A stretch of 64,000 bases of DNA from Auanema rhodensis (Eukaryota; Animalia; Nematoda), in NCBI GenBank assembly GCA_964057225.1, contig OZ059897.1, positions 21,514,001 to 21,578,000 on the forward strand, given 5' to 3'. Positions 1 through 12,320 of the stretch are shown here, piece by piece (position 1 is the stretch's first letter; each line of letters starts with the position of its first letter). Made by a program: the position numbers and the translations under genes. The notes under the pieces were generated by a model. The model searched no databases. It saw only the letters and a list, made by a program, of their open reading frames with translations, and was not told the origin of the DNA.

Positions 1-880
1 GATGTGCACTTGGTATGGAACTCGCTTCACGTGAAAGATAAAGAGATGCGGTTTTCAAAATTAGATTCCCCATGTCCATATTAGTCTAAAAACAAATTTT
101 TATTGATTTTGGTTCATGGTAACCATGACTTTGAAATTTACGTGAACTTTAATTTATGCTAATTAAATGTACACGTGATGTGCACTTGGTATGTAACTCG
201 CTTCACGTGAAAGATAAAGAGATTCGGTTTTCAAAATTAGATTCCCCATGTCCATATTAGTCTAAAAACAAATTTTTATTGATATTGGTGCATGGTAACC
301 ATGACTTTGAAATTTACGTGAACTTTAATTTATGCTAATTAAATGTACACGTGATGTGCACTTGGTATGGAACTCGCTTCACGTGAAAGATAAAGAGATG
401 CGGTTTTCAAAATTAGATTCCCCATGTCCATATTAGTCTAAAAACAAATTTTTATTGATTTTGGTTCATGGTAACCATGACTTTGAAATTTACGTGAACT
501 TTAATTTATGCTAATTAAATGTACACGTGATGTGCACTTGGTATGTAACTCGCTTCACGTGAAAGATAAAGAGATTCGGTTTTCAAAATTAGATTCCCCA
601 TGTCCATATTAGTCTAAAAACAAATTTTTATTGATATTGGTTCATGGTAACCATGACTTTGAAATTTACGTGAACTTTAATTTATGCTAATTAAATGTAC
701 ACGTGATGTGCACTTGGTATGTAACTCGCTCCACGTGAAAGATAAAGAGATGCGGTTTTCAAAATTAGATTCCCCATGTCCATATTAGTCTAAAAACAAA
801 TTTTTATTGATATTGGTGCATGGTAACCATGACTTTGAAATTTACGTGAACTTTAATTTATGCTAATTAAATGTACACGT

Positions 881-3800
881 GATGTGCACTTGGTATGTAA
901 CTCGCTTCACGTTAAAAATAAAGAGATGCGGTTTTCAAAATTAGATTCCCCATGTCCATATTAGTCTAAAAACAAATTTTTATTGATATTGGTTCATGGT
1001 AACCATGACTTTGAAATTTACGTGAACTTTAATTTATGCTAATTAAATGTACACGTGATGTGCACTTGGTATGTAACTCGCTTCACGTGAAAGATAAAGA
1101 GATGCGGTTTTCAAAATTAGATTCCCCATGTCCATATTAGTCTAAAAACAAATTTTTATTGATATTGGTGCATGGTAACCATGACTTTGAAATTTACGTG
1201 AACTTTAATTTATGCTAATTAAATGTACACGTGATGTGCACTTGGTATGGAACTCGCTTCACGTGAAAGATAAAGAGATGCGGTTTTCAAAATTAGATTC
1301 CCCATGTCCATATTAGTTCAAAAACAAATTTTTATTGATTTTGGTTCATGGTAACCATGACTTTGAAATTTACGTGAACTTTAATTTATGCTAATTAAAT
1401 GTACACGTGATGTGCACTTGGTATGTAACTCGCTTCACGTGAAAGATAAAGAGATTCGGTTTTCAAAATTAGATTCCCCATGTCCATATTAGTCTAAAAA
1501 CAAATTTTTATTGATATTGGTGCATGGTAACCATGACTTTGAAATTTACGTGAACTTTAATTTATGCTAATTAAATGTACACGTGATGTGCACTTGGTAT
1601 GGAACTCGCTTCACGTGAAAGATAAAGAGATGCGGTTTTCAAAATTAGATTCCCCATGTCCATATTAGTCTAAAAACAAATTTTTATTGATTTTGGTTCA
1701 TGGTAACCATGACTTTGAAATTTACGTGAACTTTAATTTATGCTAATTAAATGTACACGTGATGTGCACTTGGTATGTAACTCGCTTCACGTGAAAGATA
1801 AAGAGATTCGGTTTTCAAAATTAGATTCCCCATGTCCATATTAGTCTAAAAACAAATTTTTATTGATATTGGTGCATGGTAACCATGACTTTGAAATTTA
1901 CGTGAACTTTAATTTATGCTAATTAAATGTACACGTGATGTGCACTTGGTATGTAACTCGCTTCACGTGAAAGATAAAGAGATGCGGTTTTCAAAATTAG
2001 ATTCCCCATGTCCATATTAGTCTAAAAACAAATTTTTATTGATATTGGTGCATGGTAACCATGACTTTGAAATTTACGTGAACTTTAATTTATGCTAATT
2101 AAATGTACACGTGATGTGCACTTGGTATGTAACTCGCTTCACGTGAAAGATAAAGAGATGCGGTTTTCAAAATTAGATTCCCCATGTCCATATTAGTCTA
2201 AAAACAAATTTTTATTGATATTGGTGCATGGTAACCATGACTTTGAAATTTACGTGAACTTTAATTTATGCTAATTAAATGTACACGTGATGTGCACTTG
2301 GTATGGAACTCGCTTCACGTGAAAGATAAAGAGATGCGGTTTTCAAAATTAGATTCCCCATGTCCATATTAGTCTAAAAACAAATTTTTATTGATTTTGG
2401 TTCATGGTAACCATGACTTTGAAATTTACGTGAACTTTAATTTATGCTAATTAAATGTACACGTGATGTGCACTTGGTATGTAACTCGCTTCACGTGAAA
2501 GATAAAGAGATTCGGTTTTCAAAATTAGATTCCCCATGTCCATATTAGTCTAAAAACAAATTTTTATTGATATTGGTGCATGGTAACCATGACTTTGAAA
2601 TTTACGTGAACTTTAATTTATGCTAATTAAATGTACACGTGATGTGCACTTGGTATGGAACTCGCTTCACGTGAAAGATAAAGAGATGCGGTTTTCAAAA
2701 TTAGATTCCCCATGTCCATATTAGTCTAAAAACAAATTTTTATTGATTTTGGTTCATGGTAACCATGACTTTGAAATTTACGTGAACTTTAATTTATGCT
2801 AATTAAATGTACACGTGATGTGCACTTGGTATGTAACTCGCTTCACGTGAAAGATAAAGAGATTCGGTTTTCAAAATTAGATTCCCCATGTCCATATTAG
2901 TCTAAAAACAAATTTTTATTGATATTGGTGCATGGTAACCATGACTTTGAAATTTACGTGAACTTTAATTTATGCTAATTAAATGTACACGTGATGTGCA
3001 CTTGGTATGTAACTCGCTTCACGTGAAAGATAAAGAGATTCGGTTTTCAAAATTAGATTCCCCATGTCCATATTAGTCTAAAAACAAATTTTTATTGATA
3101 TTGGTTCATGGTAACCATGACTTTGAAATTTACGTGAACTTTAATTTATGCTAATTAAATGTACACGTGATGTGCACTTGGTATGTAACTCGCTCCACGT
3201 GAAAGATAAAGAGATGCGGTTTTCAAAATTAGATTCCCCATGTCCATATTAGTCTAAAAACAAATTTTTATTGATATTGGTTCATGGTAACCATGACTTT
3301 GAAATTTACGTGAACTTTAATTTATGCTAATTAAATGTACACGTGATGTGCACTTGGTATGTAACTCGCTCCACGTGAAAGATAAAGAGATGCGGTTTTC
3401 AAAATTAGATTCCCCATGTCCATATTAGTCTAAAAACAAATTTTTATTGATATTGGTGCATGGTAACCATGACTTTGAAATTTACGTGAACTTTAATTTA
3501 TGCTAATTAAATGTACACGTGATGTGCACTTGGTATGTAACTCGCTTCACGTAAAAAATAAAGAGATGCGGTTTTCAAAATTAGATTCCCCATGTCCATA
3601 TTAGTCTAAAAACAAATTTTTATTGATATTGGTGCATGGTAACCATGACTTTGAAATTTACGTGAACTTTAATTTATGCTAATTAAATGTACACGTGATG
3701 TGCACTTGGTATGGAACTCGCTTCACGTGAAAGATAAAGAGATGCGGTTTTCAAAATTAGATTCCCCATGTCCATATTAGTCTAAAAACAAATTTTTATT

Positions 3801-6800
3801 GATTTTGGTTCATGGTAACCATGACTTTGAAATTTACGTGAACTTTAATTTATGCTAATTAAATGTACACGTGATGTGCACTTGGTATGTAACTCGCGTC
3901 ACGTGAAAGATAAAGAGATTCGGTTTTCAAAATTAGATTCCCCATGTCCATATTAGTCTAAAAACAAATTTTTATTGATATTGGTGCATGGTAACCATGA
4001 CTTTGAAATTTACGTGAACTTTAATTTATGCTAATTAAATGTACACGTGATGTGCACTTGGTATGTAACTCGCTTCACGTGAAAGATAAAGAGATGCGGT
4101 TTTCAAAATTAGATTCCCCATGTCCATATTAGTCTAAAAACAAATTTTTATTGATATTGGTGCATGGTAACCATGACTTTGAAATTTACGTGAACTTTAA
4201 TTTATGCTAATTAAATGTACACGTGATGTGCACTTGGTATGGAACTCGCTTCACGTGAAAGATAAAGAGATGCGGTTTTCAAAATTAGATTCCCCATGTC
4301 CATATTAGTTCAAAAACAAATTTTTATTGATTTTGGTTCATGGTAACCATGACTTTGAAATTTACGTGAACTTTAATTTATGCTAATTAAATGTACACGT
4401 GATGTGCACTTGGTATGTAACTCGCTTCACGTGAAAGATAAAGAGATTCGGTTTTCAAAATTAGATTCCCCATGTCCATATTAGTCTAAAAACAAATTTT
4501 TATTGATATTGGTGCATGGTAACCATGACTTTGAAATTTACGTGAACTTTAATTTATGCTAATTAAATGTACACGTGATGTGCACTTGGTATGGAACTCG
4601 CTTCACGTGAAAGATAAAGAGATGCGGTTTTCAAAATTAGATTCCCCATGTCCATATTAGTCTAAAAACAAATTTTTATTGATTTTGGTTCATGGTAACC
4701 ATGACTTTGAAATTTACGTGAACTTTAATTTATGCTAATTAAATGTACACGTGATGTGCACTTGGTATGTAACTCGCTTCACGTGAAAGATAAAGAGATT
4801 CGGTTTTCAAAATTAGATTCCCCATGTCCATATTAGTCTAAAAACAAATTTTTATTGATATTGGTGCATGGTAACCATGACTTTGAAATTTACGTGAACT
4901 TTAATTTATGCTAATTAAATGTACACGTGATGTGCACTTGGTATGTAACTCGCTTCACGTGAAAGATAAAGAGATTCGGTTTTCAAAATTAGATTCCCCA
5001 TGTCCACATTAGTCTAAAAACAAATTTTTATTGATATTGGTGCATGGTAACCATGACTTTGAAATTTACGTGAACTTTAATTTATGCTAATTAAATGTAC
5101 ACGTGATGTGCACTTGGTATGTAACTCGCTTCACGTTAAAAATAAAGAGATGCGGTTTTCAAAATTAGATTCCCCATGTCCATATTAGTCTAAAAACAAA
5201 TTTTTATTGATATTGGTTCATGGTAACCATGACTTTGAAATTTACGTGAACTTTAATTTATGCTAATTAAATGTACACGTGATGTGCACTTGGTATGTAA
5301 CTCGCTTCACGTGAAAGATAAAGAGATGCGGTTTTCAAAATTAGATTCCCCATGTCCATATTAGTCTAAAAACAAATTTTTATTGATATTGGTGCATGGT
5401 AACCATGACTTTGAAATTTACGTGAACTTTAATTTATGCTAATTAAATGTACACGTGATGTGCACTTGGTATGGAACTCGCTTCACGTGAAAGATAAAGA
5501 GATGCGGTTTTCAAAATTAGATTCCCCATGTCCATATTAGTTCAAAAACAAATTTTTATTGATTTTGGTTCATGGTAACCATGACTTTGAAATTTACGTG
5601 AACTTTAATTTATGCTAATTAAATGTACACGTGATGTGCACTTGGTATGTAACTCGCTTCACGTGAAAGATAAAGAGATTCGGTTTTCAAAATTAGATTC
5701 CCCATGTCCATATTAGTCTAAAAACAAATTTTTATTGATATTGGTGCATGGTAACCATGACTTTGAAATTTACGTGAACTTTAATTTATGCTAATTAAAT
5801 GTACACGTGATGTGCACTTGGTATGGAACTCGCTTCACGTGAAAGATAAAGAGATGCGGTTTTCAAAATTAGATTCCCCATGTCCATATTAGTCTAAAAA
5901 CAAATTTTTATTGATTTTGGTTCATGGTAACCATGACTTTGAAATTTACGTGAACTTTAATTTATGCTAATTAAATGTACACGTGATGTGCACTTGGTAT
6001 GTAACTCGCTTCACGTGAAAGATAAAGAGATTCGGTTTTCAAAATTAGATTCCCCATGTCCATATTAGTCTAAAAACAAATTTTTATTGATATTGGTGCA
6101 TGGTAACCATGACTTTGAAATTTACGTGAACTTTAATTTATGCTAATTAAATGTACACGTGATGTGCACTTGGTATGTAACTCGCTTCACGTGAAAGATA
6201 AAGAGATGCGGTTTTCAAAATTAGATTCCCCATGTCCATATTAGTCTAAAAACAAATTTTTATTGATATTGGTGCATGGTAACCATGACTTTGAAATTTA
6301 CGTGAACTTTAATTTATGCTAATTAAATGTACACGTGATGTGCACTTGGTATGTAACTCGCTTCACGTGAAAGATAAAGAGATGCGGTTTTCAAAATTAG
6401 ATTCCCCATGTCCATATTAGTCTAAAAACAAATTTTTATTGATATTGGTGCATGGTAACCATGACTTTGAAATTTACGTGAACTTTAATTTATGCTAATT
6501 AAATGTACACGTGATGTGCACTTGGTATGGAACTCGCTTCACGTGAAAGATAAAGAGATGCGGTTTTCAAAATTAGATTCCCCATGTCCATATTAGTCTA
6601 AAAACAAATTTTTATTGATTTTGGTTCATGGTAACCATGACTTTGAAATTTACGTGAACTTTAATTTATGCTAATTAAATGTACACGTGATGTGCACTTG
6701 GTATGTAACTCGCGTCACGTGAAAGATAAAGAGATTCGGTTTTCAAAATTAGATTCCCCATGTCCATATTAGTCTAAAAACAAATTTTTATTGATATTGG

Positions 6801-9800
6801 TGCATGGTAACCATGACTTTGAAATTTACGTGAACTTTAATTTATGCTAATTAAATGTACACGTGATGTGCACTTGGTATGTAACTCGCTTCACGTGAAA
6901 GATAAAGAGATGCGGTTTTCAAAATTAGATTCCCCATGTCCATATTAGTCTAAAAACAAATTTTTATTGATATTGGTGCATGGTAACCATGACTTTGAAA
7001 TTTACGTGAACTTTAATTTATGCTAATTAAATGTACACGTGATGTGCACTTGGTATGGAACTCGCTTCACGTGAAAGATAAAGAGATGCGGTTTTCAAAA
7101 TTAGATTCCCCATGTCCATATTAGTTCAAAAACAAATTTTTATTGATTTTGGTTCATGGTAACCATGACTTTGAAATTTACGTGAACTTTAATTTATGCT
7201 AATTAAATGTACACGTGATGTGCACTTGGTATGTAACTCGCTTCACGTGAAAGATAAAGAGATTCGGTTTTCAAAATTAGATTCCCCATGTCCATATTAG
7301 TCTAAAAACAAATTTTTATTGATATTGGTGCATGGTAACCATGACTTTGAAATTTACGTGAACTTTAATTTATGCTAATTAAATGTACACGTGATGTGCA
7401 CTTGGTATGGAACTCGCTTCACGTGAAAGATAAAGAGATGCGGTTTTCAAAATTAGATTCCCCATGTCCATATTAGTCTAAAAACAAATTTTTATTGATT
7501 TTGGTTCATGGTAACCATGACTTTGAAATTTACGTGAACTTTAATTTATGCTAATTAAATGTACACGTGATGTGCACTTGGTATGTAACTCGCTTCACGT
7601 GAAAGATAAAGAGATTCGGTTTTCAAAATTAGATTCCCCATGTCCATATTAGTCTAAAAACAAATTTTTATTGATATTGGTGCATGGTAACCATGACTTT
7701 GAAATTTACGTGAACTTTAATTTATGCTAATTAAATGTACACGTGATGTGCACTTGGTATGTAACTCGCTTCACGTGAAAGATAAAGAGATTCGGTTTTC
7801 AAAATTAGATTCCCCATGTCCACATTAGTCTAAAAACAAATTTTTATTGATATTGGTGCATGGTAACCATGACTTTGAAATTTACGTGAACTTTAATTTA
7901 TGCTAATTAAATGTACACGTGATGTGCACTTGGTATGTAACTCGCTTCACGTTAAAAATAAAGAGATGCGGTTTTCAAAATTAGATTCCCCATGTCCATA
8001 TTAGTCTAAAAACAAATTTTTATTGATATTGGTTCATGGTAACCATGACTTTGAAATTTACGTGAACTTTAATTTATGCTAATTAAATGTACACGTGATG
8101 TGCACTTGGTATGTAACTCGCTTCACGTGAAAGATAAAGAGATGCGGTTTTCAAAATTAGATTCCCCATGTCCATATTAGTCTAAAAACAAATTTTTATT
8201 GATATTGGTGCATGGTAACCATGACTTTGAAATTTACGTGAACTTTAATTTATGCTAATTAAATGTACACGTGATGTGCACTTGGTATGGAACTCGCTTC
8301 ACGTGAAAGATAAAGAGATGCGGTTTTCAAAATTAGATTCCCCATGTCCATATTAGTTCAAAAACAAATTTTTATTGATTTTGGTTCATGGTAACCATGA
8401 CTTTGAAATTTACGTGAACTTTAATTTATGCTAATTAAATGTACACGTGATGTGCACTTGGTATGTAACTCGCTTCACGTGAAAGATAAAGAGATTCGGT
8501 TTTCAAAATTAGATTCCCCATGTCCATATTAGTCTAAAAACAAATTTTTATTGATATTGGTGCATGGTAACCATGACTTTGAAATTTACGTGAACTTTAA
8601 TTTATGCTAATTAAATGTACACGTGATGTGCACTTGGTATGGAACTCGCTTCACGTGAAAGATAAAGAGATGCGGTTTTCAAAATTAGATTCCCCATGTC
8701 CATATTAGTCTAAAAACAAATTTTTATTGATTTTGGTTCATGGTAACCATGACTTTGAAATTTACGTGAACTTTAATTTATGCTAATTAAATGTACACGT
8801 GATGTGCACTTGGTATGTAACTCGCTTCACGTGAAAGATAAAGAGATTCGGTTTTCAAAATTAGATTCCCCATGTCCATATTAGTCTAAAAACAAATTTT
8901 TATTGATATTGGTGCATGGTAACCATGACTTTGAAATTTACGTGAACTTTAATTTATGCTAATTAAATGTACACGTGATGTGCACTTGGTATGTAACTCG
9001 CTTCACGTGAAAGATAAAGAGATGCGGTTTTCAAAATTAGATTCCCCATGTCCATATTAGTCTAAAAACAAATTTTTATTGATATTGGTGCATGGTAACC
9101 ATGACTTTGAAATTTACGTGAACTTTAATTTATGCTAATTAAATGTACACGTGATGTGCACTTGGTATGTAACTCGCTTCACGTGAAAGATAAAGAGATG
9201 CGGTTTTCAAAATTAGATTCCCCATGTCCATATTAGTCTAAAAACAAATTTTTATTGATATTGGTGCATGGTAACCATGACTTTGAAATTTACGTGAACT
9301 TTAATTTATGCTAATTAAATGTACACGTGATGTGCACTTGGTATGGAACTCGCTTCACGTGAAAGATAAAGAGATGCGGTTTTCAAAATTAGATTCCCCA
9401 TGTCCATATTAGTCTAAAAACAAATTTTTATTGATTTTGGTTCATGGTAACCATGACTTTGAAATTTACGTGAACTTTAATTTATGCTAATTAAATGTAC
9501 ACGTGATGTGCACTTGGTATGTAACTCGCTTCACGTGAAAGATAAAGAGATTCGGTTTTCAAAATTAGATTCCCCATGTCCATATTAGTCTAAAAACAAA
9601 TTTTTATTGATATTGGTGCATGGTAACCATGACTTTGAAATTTACGTGAACTTTAATTTATGCTAATTAAATGTACACGTGATGTGCACTTGGTATGGAA
9701 CTCGCTTCACGTGAAAGATAAAGAGATGCGGTTTTCAAAATTAGATTCCCCATGTCCATATTAGTCTAAAAACAAATTTTTATTGATTTTGGTTCATGGT

Positions 9801-12144
9801 AACCATGACTTTGAAATTTACGTGAACTTTAATTTATGCTAATTAAATGTACACGTGATGTGCACTTGGTATGTAACTCGCTTCACGTGAAAGATAAAGA
9901 GATTCGGTTTTCAAAATTAGATTCCCCATGTCCATATTAGTCTAAAAACAAATTTTTATTGATATTGGTGCATGGTAACCATGACTTTGAAATTTACGTG
10001 AACTTTAATTTATGCTAATTAAATGTACACGTGATGTGCACTTGGTATGTAACTCGCTTCACGTGAAAGATAAAGAGATTCGGTTTTCAAAATTAGATTC
10101 CCCATGTCCATATTAGTCTAAAAACAAATTTTTATTGATATTGGTTCATGGTAACCATGACTTTGAAATTTACGTGAACTTTAATTTATGCTAATTAAAT
10201 GTACACGTGATGTGCACTTGGTATGTAACTCGCTCCACGTGAAAGATAAAGAGATGCGGTTTTCAAAATTAGATTCCCCATGTCCATATTAGTCTAAAAA
10301 CAAATTTTTATTGATATTGGTTCATGGTAACCATGACTTTGAAATTTACGTGAACTTTAATTTATGCTAATTAAATGTACACGTGATGTGCACTTGGTAT
10401 GTAACTCGCTCCACGTGAAAGATAAAGAGATGCGGTTTTCAAAATTAGATTCCCCATGTCCATATTAGTCTAAAAACAAATTTTTATTGATATTGGTGCA
10501 TGGTAACCATGACTTTGAAATTTACGTGAACTTTAATTTATGCTAATTAAATGTACACGTGATGTGCACTTGGTATGTAACTCGCTTCACGTAAAAAATA
10601 AAGAGATGCGGTTTTCAAAATTAGATTCCCCATGTCCATATTAGTCTAAAAACAAATTTTTATTGATATTGGTGCATGGTAACCATGACTTTGAAATTTA
10701 CGTGAACTTTAATTTATGCTAATTAAATGTACACGTGATGTGCACTTGGTATGGAACTCGCTTCACGTGAAAGATAAAGAGATGCGGTTTTCAAAATTAG
10801 ATTCCCCATGTCCATATTAGTCTAAAAACAAATTTTTATTGATTTTGGTTCATGGTAACCATGACTTTGAAATTTACGTGAACTTTAATTTATGCTAATT
10901 AAATGTACACGTGATGTGCACTTGGTATGTAACTCGCGTCACGTGAAAGATAAAGAGATTCGGTTTTCAAAATTAGATTCCCCATGTCCATATTAGTCTA
11001 AAAACAAATTTTTATTGATATTGGTGCATGGTAACCATGACTTTGAAATTTACGTGAACTTTAATTTATGCTAATTAAATGTACACGTGATGTGCACTTG
11101 GTATGTAACTCGCTTCACGTGAAAGATAAAGAGATGCGGTTTTCAAAATTAGATTCCCCATGTCCATATTAGTCTAAAAACAAATTTTTATTGATATTGG
11201 TGCATGGTAACCATGACTTTGAAATTTACGTGAACTTTAATTTATGCTAATTAAATGTACACGTGATGTGCACTTGGTATGGAACTCGCTTCACGTGAAA
11301 GATAAAGAGATGCGGTTTTCAAAATTAGATTCCCCATGTCCATATTAGTTCAAAAACAAATTTTTATTGATTTTGGTTCATGGTAACCATGACTTTGAAA
11401 TTTACGTGAACTTTAATTTATGCTAATTAAATGTACACGTGATGTGCACTTGGTATGTAACTCGCTTCACGTGAAAGATAAAGAGATTCGGTTTTCAAAA
11501 TTAGATTCCCCATGTCCATATTAGTCTAAAAACAAATTTTTATTGATATTGGTGCATGGTAACCATGACTTTGAAATTTACGTGAACTTTAATTTATGCT
11601 AATTAAATGTACACGTGATGTGCACTTGGTATGGAACTCGCTTCACGTGAAAGATAAAGAGATGCGGTTTTCAAAATTAGATTCCCCATGTCCATATTAG
11701 TCTAAAAACAAATTTTTATTGATTTTGGTTCATGGTAACCATGACTTTGAAATTTACGTGAACTTTAATTTATGCTAATTAAATGTACACGTGATGTGCA
11801 CTTGGTATGTAACTCGCTTCACGTGAAAGATAAAGAGATTCGGTTTTCAAAATTAGATTCCCCATGTCCATATTAGTCTAAAAACAAATTTTTATTGATA
11901 TTGGTGCATGGTAACCATGACTTTGAAATTTACGTGAACTTTAATTTATGCTAATTAAATGTACACGTGATGTGCACTTGGTATGTAACTCGCTTCACGT
12001 GAAAGATAAAGAGATTCGGTTTTCAAAATTAGATTCCCCATGTCCACATTAGTCTAAAAACAAATTTTTATTGATATTGGTTCATGGTAACCATGACTTT
12101 GAAATTTACGTGAACTTTAATTTATGCTAATTAAATGTACACGT
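881..12144 (+). repeat. HOR series 24-mer / 16-mer / 24-mer (881-5104, 5105-7920, 7921-12144)
   Basis: Monomer-type order of 881-5104 recurs at +7040 bp. Markers: CGCGTCAC at ~3896, 6712 and 10936; TCCACATT at ~5005, 7821 and 12045; CGTTAAAAATA at ~910, 5134 and 7950. Equivalently, 3697-6512 and 6513-9328 form a 2816-bp tandem duplication. Confidence 0.85.
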
Positions 12145-12320
12145 GATGTGCACTTGGTATGTAACTCGCTCCACGTGAAAGATAAAGAGATGCGGTTTTC
12201 AAAATTAGATTCCCCATGTCCATATTAGTCTAAAAACAAATTTTTATTGATATTGGTGCATGGTAACCATGACTTTGAAATTTACGTGAACTTTAATTTA
12301 TGCTAATTAAATGTACACGT

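Noticed and set aside
153-165. Octamer/POU-like motif TTATGCTAAT as a promoter element
   Set aside because: It has one mismatch to ATGCAAAT and lies in AT-rich repeat DNA with no linked gene, so it cannot be supported as regulatory from sequence alone.
1-176. Identity with Brassica CentBr (176 bp), Arabidopsis CEN180 or primate alpha satellite; CENP-B box
   Set aside because: Only the length is similar. There is no HindIII site or resemblance to those consensus sequences as I recall them, and no match to the CENP-B box core TTCG-N4-A-N2-CGGG. BLAST is needed for certainty.
1-176. Tandem 5S rRNA, tRNA, snRNA or spliced-leader gene repeat
   Set aside because: No recognisable RNA gene sequence, cloverleaf or Pol III A/B/C boxes on either strand. 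An Rfam/Infernal scan would confirm this.
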